Of a stretch of DNA of 42,432 nucleotides, positions 24,111 through 35,333 are shown one piece after another. Below the pieces are notes generated by a model that ran no database searches, had not been told where the DNA came from, and worked only from the letters and a program-made list of their open reading frames with translations. The DNA comes from Calcarisporiella thermophila CBS 279.70. Its lineage: Eukaryota > Fungi > Calcarisporiellomycota. Each line of letters starts with the position of its first letter. Position 1 is the first letter of the stretch. A program made the translations under genes and the position numbers. The DNA is taken from NCBI RefSeq assembly GCF_041956535.1, contig NW_027192235.1, forward strand, positions 25,975-68,406, given 5' to 3'.

Positions 24111-26835
24111 ATTGAGACTTAAGAGGTTGATAATAGAGTTCAAGATGATTATTTTGTTCAAACGGCTCTAAGGGTTTTTATAAGCCAGCTAAAGTACATA
24201 GGCAGGGATAAGGCCTAAAACCTAGGCGAAAACTTTCCAATTGCAGATATATCCAACTTTGTTTAAGTTAAGGACATATGTAAATTATATAATAATACAA
24301 TTGTGTAGGGCTTATTTTCCATATAGTTCTAAAGCATGGCATACTTCTAATAACAAGCCGCATTATCCCAAATAGGATTATTTCCAACTATGGAATTTGT
24401 ATTCGGTTTTTATTTTTGAGAGTAGGCAAATTGTAATTATTCAGGTTTTCGATCATAATATAGACATATAAGTAAAATCCCAAGATGAAAATTTGATTCT
24501 GCAACAAATGAACATTCACTAACGAAGACTGAAACGTTGGAGAACTTTTATCAGACGTAGGTACACTTAATGATGTTTGAGGCATCAGCATTTACCACTT
24601 GCGTCACCTCATAGCAATAAATCTCTCTAGCAAATGGATATTTTAACTTGAATATAACAAAATTGCAGCAAAGGGTTACCTTTTTCATTACACTTAGTTT
24701 AACTTTTATATTAATTTTTATCACAATATTAAGTAAATAGTGCATTTAGTGTCAAATACTTGTTTTGAACCTTCATTTACTATTTAAACAGAATAACTAT
24801 TTTTTCATCATAACTCCAGGTATATGCTAATAATCGGAGTAAACTCTTTTAAAACTGTAACTGAAACCCAACTTTGCCAAAATCAAACCAATTTATACCT
24901 GTTCCAAAAGAATTCGCTTCATATATTTGCCAGATAATGTAATAAATTTCATAATCAAAGAATAACGATTGCTTGACCTGCATGGTCAGAGGGTTACCTC
25001 TTGTCAACCTAGACTTTCAGTTCAGACTCTGTTCAGCCACAAAAGCTCTCAGCTGAATCCCAAAAGGTTAGCATTCAAATATTAATTACTATAGCTATAC
25101 TTTGCAAATGATATAGAAATGATATAGCACTGTATTTGATTAATATGAATTAGCTTGAATTATATTATTCCGTAATTAATCTCTCTTTGTTCGCTCAATA
25201 GAAAAGGTCTAAGTTGAAAGCATGCTCAAGTTTTAATAGGCAGTTTGCATTGGGTTGCACTCACTTATTAGTGAAAAGCATCTCTATAATTCGTTTTTGG
25301 ATCAATCATTGGACTTTCGAATGCTTAATAATTGCACAAGAATTTGTTTATTACAGTAAACACACTCTTCCTTCTACTCGATAGAGATAAGAAAAATGCA
25401 TTAATAGCTATTAATGACAAAGATAACCCACGGTTTGTGTTTTATGACAAAGAGCTGTTTTCACCCAAGATATCTGGTTATCCCAACAATTATGTGGTCA
25501 CTCTTATGACAGTCGTACTTTCAATTTCACCCAGAGTCTCCGCTTTTTAGTGTAAAACAAAACTTTTATTACAACTTTATTATCCTCAAAATTGAGGATG
25601 AAAAACTAAACTATTCTTGTAATTTAGATGATTAAATTATAACTGGGTGTAAACCTTAGTAACCTAAGTAACCGTTTATTATTTTCACATTTTATATACA
25701 ATAATTACTGGCCTTTCGTATTCAGTACAGTTGGAAGACTTAATTGTGACAAATGGTTTGTACATACTTACTAGCTAATATTAATAGAATAAGCATCGAC
25801 TCATCCATTCAATATGCGCAAAACACTCGATACGGGTTACAATTTGTACATCCAGTCTAACCATGTGGATCCAACCAGTGTCCTGAAAAACTTTTCCTTT
25901 TCTTGGAGTCAAAAAGCCAAAGCTGCGACACTTGCCTTAAGATGAACGTGATGGATACCGCTATGATATTGATCTCTTCACCTCGAACTGTGAGCAATGC
26001 AACTATGCGACGAATCCATTATTGGTCCAATTTCAGTGCTGAAAAGGGCGTCGTTGATCACATTTCATACTATTTCAGCTATGGTATACTCTAAGTGAGG
26101 CTGGCTGATAAAAGCACAGCCAACTGATATTGCTTGATTTAATATGCATAAAGTCTAATTGGGACGTGAAAAGTTTGAGGCTGAGCAGTTAGGAATTTGA
26201 CATTTTCTACGTCATCGCGTAATTTTACGTTACAATATGTACTTATAATATATCTTACTTATTTACTATACGGTCTCTGCTTTGATAGGTTCTCCAATAA
26301 GTAAAATAATAAACAAGTTGGAGATTTATAAATCACTTGGCTCTGGAAATTATAATTTAAATGTCCAAATAAAGCAACACCGCCAGAACTTGTAATTTCC
26401 ACAAGTCCGCTCTGTTTATTGGGCATCGCCTCTCATTCCATCGTATCCTTTACTTACTTTGTCAATTAAAATTTGTGGCATCAAATGCTTGAGGTCATTT
26501 GACCATTAAAGGGTTTTATTCATTCAATTCGTTCAGAATGTAAGGATGAAACTGGTTGATGTGCCTAAAGTTTCGCGCTATTTTGTTCACTGCATTTACA
26601 CAAGCCATTTTGTGGCTGTATGTGCTAACCTATATAATCGGGTATCTCCCAGTTTTCATTACCACGATTCTATTAGCAATCGTTTTTATTCATTACGTTA
26701 TTTCACTATATTAATTCGTACTCTTGCAACGAGTTTATCAGCGATATTTAGATACAATAATTCTATAATTCAATCTACTATTACAGAATTTTATTTTTGT
26801 TTTATTTGTCTTTCATAGATCGATAAATATCAACT

Positions 26836-27162
26836 ATGCTAAAAATCGCCATAACAAAATTCCTTATAGGGGCTGTTATAATTACCAGAGCTCTCAGCAG
26901 CCCCGTCCCTGGAGATGAAATGGCTGTAACGACCGCTAAAAATGGAACTTTTATAGACGGACGTACTAGGCTTATTTCAAGTTACAGAAAAGGGTCTTGT
27001 GGGTCATATTGGTATCTCACAAGGTGCTATTATTATTGCCCTTGTGGTTGGTACTACACAAAAAACTGTAACGGACTTTGCTATGATGACGACAATGTAG
27101 GGTGCTATGGCACTTGTCCTTCAAGTGCTTCCTTATCGTGCGGCACATGTGATTACAATTAA
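26836..27162 (+). CDS. Small secreted Cys/Tyr-rich protein (108 aa, 10 Cys)
   Basis: Signal peptide ending ALS-SPVP, pro-like linker, C-terminal 54 aa with 10 Cys; GC-richer than its flanks. Confidence 0.8.
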   Translation: MLKIAITKFLIGAVIITRALSSPVPGDEMAVTTAKNGTFIDGRTRLISSYRKGSCGSYWYLTRCYYYCPCGWYYTKNCNGLCYDDDNVGCYGTCPSSASLSCGTCDYN

Positions 27163-29276
27163 AAAAATTGAATTAGGCCAATTGCGAGTATTTTCAAGTA
27201 TAATGTTATATTATTATTATAATTTTCAGTAATATATATTGTTATATTTTTATTATCATCTATTGATGCGATATATCTATATAAATAAATTTTAAGTGTA
27301 AAATGATGCTTGACCACAAAGTTGGATTGATATCATCCCTAGTTCTACTTGATATACAAGTTACAACACTAGCCGCGTAAGTGCTTATTCCTCGACTATA
27401 ATAACGGTTAAAACTTAGGTTAAAGACTAATACAGTATATCTGTGTAACCAAATGAGATATACAATATAGTAATTAGTATTAAAATAATGTTAATCATTC
27501 CCGAATTAATAGTAACTTAGAGTAAATTTGTAAATAGTTTCATTCATTCAACGGCGTATACTTTGTTAAGGAAAGTTGTAACTTCGTAAACTAACTATAT
27601 CTCCTCCCTTTATTTGTATATTGTTAGAATAACTTTTGCGCTGGCTTTATATTTTATACTACCAGCGCAAACGTTATCGTCAAAATGGATATTTTTTTCT
27701 ACTTCTACATGAGATACTAGTTGTGAGGATTATTAGTTTACAGTAGTTTGGTTGTTGTAATACCTTATCGTGCTCTGATTAAGTACGAAATTTCGCCTAC
27801 AGCACTAGGTGTAATAGTCTGTCGCCGATCCATATCTACTGAGATGGACCACTCATTTAATACACGAAAACTTTTCCGAAACTACTGAAATCAGGAAATA
27901 ATTTTTACCCTATTGAAATTTTCACAGAAAAGTGAGTTTAAATAAAGAAAGACCCAGTAGTTTTCCTACAAAACAAATTCAATCACTGTGGCATCGTATG
28001 TGAAATATATGAAGTTATTAATTCATATCTACTAATAATAATTTCAATTGTTTTAAGGCATTATTTGCAAGACATTCTGTAGACACTAGTTTTGGGTATA
28101 ACTTTTCTCTGTTCATTAAGATTACATATTTTAAAGTGGATATTATTCTAGACGCTATATATCCATAGGAATTGACAGAAGAAATGATGCTAAAGGGAAG
28201 TTGAATAAAGAAAGAACATCATCTGTTTCGATAGATTTTTAAATTTTATGTCTATATCTTAATAATTTTGCTGAGCTTGTCAGTTTAATTCTACATTTTT
28301 AAACGAAATGATAGAAAACTCTTATTTTCTAAGCTTAATTACTCACCTTTCTCTGCGAATTCACCCACTATTGAATATTTGACTTATTTTCTCTACAAGT
28401 TAATTTTATTAGAATATACGGTAAATCAAATCGACAGACAATAATACTTTACCATCAACCTCCGTATTCGGGAAAGTTCCAGATATAAATGGCTCACAGA
28501 GATTTTGCAATGTTATCATCTCTCAGTAGTGTTAAATAGAATTTCAAAATAATTAGAATATACTCGAGTGAATTCAAATATAAGATTGCATGATGTGATG
28601 GAAACTTGTATCATACGATTAGCTTACTTACATTTAAATGAAAGAAAGCCCACCTTCAAATATATCCTTTCTACTGCAGTGCCAATTAAATTCAGGGTGT
28701 AAAACTATTAATTTAGAGAATATACTAAAACGTGACAATTCAATTTTCTTTAAATAGGCCCTTATTATCTTTCCGTTTTCTCAATTGAGGATTATTATTG
28801 GAGCGACTGTGAATGACGATCGCAGTGTGAGAATATAACCATTAATGAGAATATGCAGTACATTAATTATGACGAAAGATAATATTACTAGAATTGGATT
28901 TTTTTTTTCAATGAGGTATTAGTATTTTTATTATTCAATTTTTCAATCTAGGTTTATATTAAACCTTGTTCTTATTTATCGAGGTCGTATATTTTTTCTC
29001 CGTATTCAAACAACCTGCAGTAACTTTCGCAAACTCTAGAGATATTACTATCGACTTGCATAATATTAACATTTAAAATGGAGGGATTTTTATCGAAAGT
29101 TGGTCTTGGTATTATGATTGTTAACGGAAGTTAACAGTTGAAAATCATTCATATTTTCCTGCCAACAATGAACGCTTCAAACAAATATAATATTGTAACT
29201 CAACACACGCATGTTAACAAAAAGTTTCAACTCAGCATGAAAGGATATAATAAATTCAACACTTTTCAAAGTATTT

Positions 29277-29468
29277 TTATACATTACAGAACCTAAGGCA
29301 GCCCGAGTAGACACGATCGCATTCTCCATGGCAAGAAGAGCATTCAGAGCAGCAATTTTTTAGGCAGTTTCTATACCTCTTCTTACAGCCATCCGTGCAT
29401 TTCGAAGCTTCGGCAATTACAAATAACGAAAACAATAGCACCGCCAGGATAATAAACTGGTTCTTCAT
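29277..29468 (-). CDS. Small secreted Cys-rich peptide (63 aa, 10 Cys)
   Basis: ATG at 29468, signal MKNQFIILAVLLFSLFVIAEA, mature SKCTDGCKKRYRNCLKNCCSECSSCHGECDRVYSGCLRFCNV. Confidence 0.85.
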   Translation of the reverse strand: MKNQFIILAVLLFSLFVIAEASKCTDGCKKRYRNCLKNCCSECSSCHGECDRVYSGCLRFCNV

Positions 29469-30500
29469 GGCAAATGTTGGACTGTGCGGAAGTAAAAAAG
29501 TCAACAGGCAGCAGAGAAAAAATATGGAAGGCGAGAAACCGGCGGAATATACGATTACAATGAATTTTCTCATTGCTGACCATGCTCTTAAATAGGATAG
29601 GAATGGCGGCAAAAATGAAAATGGTCCAAGGTTAATGAATCAGCGAAGCCAAAAGACACTATTAAACCAAATAACGTAACTAAGCCAGTTAACACAACTA
29701 AGCTATATAATTACAAAGCAAAAAATAAGCATAATTAAAATTATTGAGGTCTTTTGTACAAATCTTGTATGAATCATCCTGCCTTTAACCCAATTCCATA
29801 TTCGAGTTACTATGTATCGTAATGTAAAAGTCGATATTATAGCTTAAATGGTTTGCCATTATGATTAGATACAACCAGGAAAAAACCGAATTCAGTATAG
29901 TCAATGAAGTCTAAGTAAGCTAATGAGGATGTTTTTTTTTGACCATTTTATTTTAAATTTTGTCTTAATTGCAGTATAACGATGTTAACATGAAAAGATT
30001 TCGAGCTTATGGTAGTAGAACTCAGGTGACTTTCGAAGCCTGAACTTTGTATACTGCTACTATTTCATCGAACTCACAGTACAATGATAATGTCCATTAT
30101 ATTTGTACGAATATCTTAGGAATACTACATGAACTTTGTAGAGAGTTCAAATTAATTCTAGAGGGCTAAACGTGTATTACTTAGAATGGAAATTCGCGCC
30201 TCATCTATTCTAACTTAAACTTACGATTTCCCTTTCATCTGTAAGTATAATATTTCGCCTACTTCATTACGTGCTTTACGCACTTTCGAAATTGGAAGAA
30301 TTAAGGAGATGTATACAATACAAAGATTTATTGAATAATATTAACCATAAATCCTCCTAGAGCTAGCTACAATATTGACAATGTTAGAAAACAAGTGTTT
30401 ATTTCGCTGTAATTTATTTCGATATCACGCAAAAATTTTATTTATACTTAAACACAAATACCACTGCCACAACCCGAATAGTCACTATCAAACCTAGAGA

Positions 30501-30970
30501 TGTAACTGTGACAATTCAACTTTTCTAAGAATGAACGGATCATTTTAAGAAACAGACTACAGTTTGCAGATATTATGGCCAATTTGCTATATCGATGCCC
30601 AGTTGTTACTAAGTCAAAATAAAATAGCGTAATGGGGTCGCAAATGTTAAAATGAACCGGTTAAATATGAGGTGATTTTTTAGGATTTTTCAATGGAAAA
30701 TAAAAACTATTTTCAAGCAATTTAGGAGATTTCCAAAACTGCAGATAAAGTTGAGAGTCAGACAATCGTTCAGAAGTCAAAGTGAGGGAAGGTTGGGAAA
30801 GAGTGGATTTGTCAAGTATTTTCACAGTTAGAAATGAAGTGGTAGGAAGAATGGGTAGGAGCGACATAATCCTCTTGGTTCTAAATTGGATCACGAGTGG
30901 GTTGTGAAGTAAAAAGTCTTTTTTTGGGAGCTGCTTAAGAACCCTGGTCAAATCTAAAACCTAAGTTACA
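30501..30970. mobile_element. Possible solo LTR or other dispersed repeat (470 bp)
   Basis: Bounded by the 7-bp inverted termini TGTAACT...AGTTACA. No target-site duplication, PBS or PPT seen. Confidence 0.35.
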
Positions 30971-31937
30971 CTGTAATGAGGCAAATTTGAGTAATCGGTG
31001 TAAGAAAATTTTTGGTCTGAATAGAGAAATATCACGCGGCTCCTTCCTTCCTGGTCCAATAATACCATAGTACTTCACAGAGGTGACAAAATATTACGGA
31101 AAGAACACTAGAGAGTAGTATCAGCATTGTACATCAAGATAATAGAGAATATAGAAGAGAGTAAAGAGGATGTGCTAAAAGATAAATTTGGTTATACAAA
31201 ATATTGAAATAAAATATATATTGAAATACCATATTAATAGACTAAATTACGGTATAGGTTGAAAATATGAGAAAAAAATCGGCACAATTCAGGAGGATAG
31301 TGTATATGCAGTTCCAAAGATCGTAATCATATATAGCTACTTAAATATTCATATCATTTACATTTCTTACACTATTTCGAGCTCTGCTTCTCTTATCCAT
31401 CCAGTTCCGGTGTCTCTGCTTAAAATTCAAAGCGTAGCCACTCCTAGGGTAAATTGTCACAGAATTGATCCGTTGCGCAAAATCGCTGATTTATGCTAGT
31501 CCCCTCGACAATTACGGTAATTGGAGTCAATTCAGACGATGCTTTGGTCTAAGCTTTCTGAAGAACAAGCAAGTTTATTTTTCATTTGACCCACAACTCT
31601 AATTCCTCTTTAGAAGCGTCCACAAGTAGAGCGACCAAGTCCGATCCTGTGCTTATCTAATACCTCTTTTTTTTATATACTCGTTGTTTGCATGCTTATA
31701 GAACCTTGTCTTAAAGTTGTTCTTAGGAGTCCACCTCAATTTAAAACTCGATCTCAGCTCTACCACTTCTCGGCCTCCTCTTAATTTCTCTAAGGAAACA
31801 TATTCCTAATAGTCGCTAAACTATTACAACACACCTCTTTGGGTACACTAGAGCGCATTTCTACGCTTTATAAAATTGAGGCTGGCGCGAAACCCGAAAA
31901 GTTTTAACTTCCATGGTAGATGTTTTGGTAGCCACAA

Positions 31938-32243
31938 ATGAATTCTGTTCTCGCGCTTCTACTTGTAGCGTTCGTGCTACGGCTAGCAATGTCCGCCACT
32001 GTGGTTGACTTCTACGGCAGTTCAGGGGAAAGAACTCGGCTGTCATATGGGGAAGGGGAGTCGAAGCCCCTCAACGGCGGTTGGTTACACACCAATCTAT
32101 GCAGAATTTCTGTGCCACCGCCTGGTAATGGCGAGTGTAGATTTTACTTCAAAACTGGTGGGCAGATCACGCTGCGTGCGGGACAGTCTGCAAACGTCCA
32201 AAGCCAACCCCCGATGGTCAATTCTAGATGCTGGTCGCACTAG
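31938..32243 (+). CDS. Small secreted protein (101 aa), predicted beta-rich
   Basis: Hydrophobic signal ending AMS-A, TATAAAA at 31869, intronless, GC-richer than flanks, 3 Cys. Confidence 0.75.
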   Translation: MNSVLALLLVAFVLRLAMSATVVDFYGSSGERTRLSYGEGESKPLNGGWLHTNLCRISVPPPGNGECRFYFKTGGQITLRAGQSANVQSQPPMVNSRCWSH

Positions 32244-33126
32244 CCTGAAATATCCATCCAATAGGCTTTCACTGTGGGCGACACGTGTCGTCCGACCACA
32301 GTGAAAGCTCTGAAGGATTCGGAGGGTCGAGTTGATCCAAATTTAGCTAAAAAAAGATATCGAATTGCACTTCACAATAGGTCATATTTATAAACTTCTA
32401 TACATCTTCTTTCATAGTACAATATAGCGCTAAATAGTTAAGCTTAAACTGGAGTAATGGTCTACACCTAGAACTCTTGTGTTAGCATCTATGCGCTGGC
32501 AGGCAATTATGGCAATGATATGTATGTTTTAAGGAGCTTCTTCACTTGCGGTCCAAGGCAGATTGTTGAAGTGACGGTACTGGACAGATGTGTCGAATGG
32601 ACTCAAAAGGGAGTAGTAGAATTAAATTGTTTACAACGAACACTTCACATGCCTTCCTTCTGTTGAATATATCTATAATACAGTACAAATATTGTACAAT
32701 ATAGCTATTGCAAATACAATAATCATGCCAGCAATTTGTGTAAAGCCCAATATAATCTATTTACTACTGTAATAATTTCTTTCTTATCAACATTTTACCT
32801 TATTAGCTTTTTAAGGATATATTTTTTGCAGGCCTTGTCGTTATTCCTTGGACCAGAAGGAAGTCGTGTGATTTTTCTCTATTCAGAAATGATCAGTTTT
32901 CTTTCACCTACAAGTTCAGTTTTCATCTCTCTGAAATAATTTTATTGTGTAACCTAATGATGTGGCTGAGGTTCTTTGCAATTTTCTTATGACTTTTATC
33001 GAGAAGCTAACAAAAAGAACTTTAGCTCATTTTCACGAGAAAGATGCAGATGAGTTGTACTGCTACAGGGGGATATGGTCAATTGACCATGCTGTAACTG
33101 CAATTTCAGACGCCGTACACTATACA

Positions 33127-34920
33127 TCATTGCTGGTTTAAAGCGTTTCGGACGATTGCAAACAGTCTTTTCAAGTCAGCCTCGACTCTTTTAGAATCAT
33201 ATACTCTAAGCACGTCATGCCACATCTCGGTATCGTGCCAAGCTTGGTCCCAATACCCGAGTAACTCAACCCACGTCGTGACTGCTCCGCTTCTAATTGC
33301 ATCAATGATCACCTCCATGCCTGAATAATCGGTTGGTGCTGACCATATGAAACCCCTTGTGCAGTGTCGGGGAGAGCATGCCAACCATAACCAAGTTGCT
33401 GCCCATGCATTGGGCCAAAACGTACCGCAGTGCTTGCATGGAAAGGTTGCGGTCGCTATTACTTTGCTTGTCAGTGCTTGCAGTCCGTCAACATCGTCCT
33501 GAGTGGAGTACTTGAATACATTAAACGAACCAGTTATGCAATCGTCAATTGCGTCCACCCATTGGTGCAGTAGCGAAGCAGCCAGAGTGAATGCCGTGCG
33601 TGGTAGGCAGGTGTGTTCTTGGTGATCATTCACCTGTCTGAAGCCTGCTGTACATGTTGCCATATATGCTTCACGTGTGCACAAGTAACACCACATTCTC
33701 ACGCGTGCCGAGACTCCCTGCCATACTGCTTCGTCCTCCTCGGCCAGCCGTAGCTGTTCGGTAAGACCGGGTTCCCTGCCAACATCAACGACTTTAAAAT
33801 CAGTCGTCACTGCGCCATCGCATTTTAAATGCTCTGCCTCATGGACCAGTCTTCGGACCTCATTATCACATGATAGCTCATTCACTACTTCGATCGAAAA
33901 GTTCTCCCTGCCTGTATTCACTAGAAAGTGCGCGAGTTCCACGTCACAATTGCCATCGCCATCTGCGTCGAAAGCCTTATCCAACATACCAATCCCAGCT
34001 GTAAAACAACTAATGGCATCAACCCGGTGTCGTTGTTCTGGACTGACTACCATCTCGCACCACATCGACCAGCTATCAGCCGTCAAACTCTCGCCCCAAT
34101 CAATTCTGGCCCGAGGTCCATACACGCTCCTCACTGGAACAGCCAGAAGTGATAAAATCACTTGATACAATGTGGCACTAGTTGTACAGGGCTCTAATAT
34201 GGTGCTGGCACATTGCCGAGCTAGTGGCTCTCCAAATAATCTCTGCACGTACATTATTCTAGCTAGCGTCTTTGGAGTTGTTTGTCGCCCAGCACAGCGG
34301 CGACGAGAAAGGATGCAACCCACGCACATCGGGTCTCCTCCGCGTAGATTGTGTTTCAACCGCAACTCCTCACTTACTCCGATTACATCATACTGTGCCC
34401 AGGTTACTCTTCCATCACAAACATATTCGACCCTACATTGGGTCATGCTTTCAGGGGGTGCTGTGGGTTCTGTCACCTTTTGTCCGTTCGCACCAGCATT
34501 CGCATTGGGCATCGGGCAGGACGCAATTCGACAGGCCGATGAGTTTAATCCAAAAAGTTCCTGCTGATGAAACCGTCTAAAAGTAGGGTCGAAGTGTGTC
34601 AAAGTTGCCATCACATGCTCATTGGTCAGTCTTTTCTAAGATGCAACACCACTCAATTTAGCTTCCCCTGCTCGTTCATTGGCACTATCTACTGTCATTA
34701 CCTTATCATCTTGAAAACCACTGTTCTCATTGCTCAGATTCAGATCCACTCCAAATAGTTTGGTTATCTTCGAATCATTTGTACATGAACTATTAAGATC
34801 TTTAGTCCCAAATTTTACTATATCAACCGAAGCATTCATTTCGTTCCCTTTGCGCCCATTATCCTCTTGTAGTCGATTAATCAATTCTAGGTTCTCTCCG
34901 AATACACGTTGTTTACTCAT
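33127..34920 (-). CDS. Orphan intronless 597-codon frame interrupted by one in-frame TAG (34636-34638); terpene-synthase-like motifs; possible endogenous viral element or young pseudogene
   Basis: ORFs 34636-34920 and 33127-34614 are in the same frame: GGT GTT GCA TCT TAG AAA AGA CTG ACC AAT GAG CAT GTG ATG. The 495-codon open stretch is too long for chance in this AT-rich context. The functional call is motif-level only. Confidence 0.7.
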
Positions 34921-35157
34921 GTTAAAGTTTGAATATTCTCGATTGTGGAATAAAATGAAATATATAAATATAAATATAAATATAAACGTGAAAGATGGTG
35001 AAGATGTATTGCAACATTACATCTCTCTCATTTCACATTACACCACTTTCCTTTTAGAAGCTTTTTTATCATATGTACAAACAAGTAAATCGAGTAATTA
35101 AAATTTTTCTAGAGATTGATTTCTGAAGATAATGAGGCGCAAGCTTTAATAAGCCTG

Positions 35158-35303
35158 TGTTACGTTTCGTAGTTTCAGCTCGTCTTATACTTGTGACTAT
35201 TTTGTGATATCATCATTATATGCATATATATTTTGGCTTTTGGACATTGGAATAAAGTAAGCGGAGTTTTCTCTTACTCTCCTATCTCAAACTATCCATA
35301 ACA
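35158..35303 (+). mobile_element. 5' LTR (146 bp) of a Ty3/Gypsy-like element, with PBS-like TGG immediately downstream
   Basis: TGTTA...TAACA termini, internal AATAAA at 35251, followed by tt-TGGTGGTGAACTC and the gag ATG 30 bp later. Confidence 0.8.
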
Positions 35304-35333
35304 TTTGGTGGTGAACTCGCATCGAATCCTAAG

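Noticed and set aside
24388-26818. Short ORFs at 24388, 24551, 25332, 25903 and 26546
   Set aside because: No signal peptides, motifs or compositional contrast with intergenic DNA.
34958-34986. (TAAATA)n microsatellite
   Set aside because: Simple repeat. It could serve as a TATA region but is not informative alone.
33928-35101. Several plus-strand ORFs opposite the orphan frame
   Set aside because: Short, non-ATG or motif-free shadows expected in a GC-richer region.
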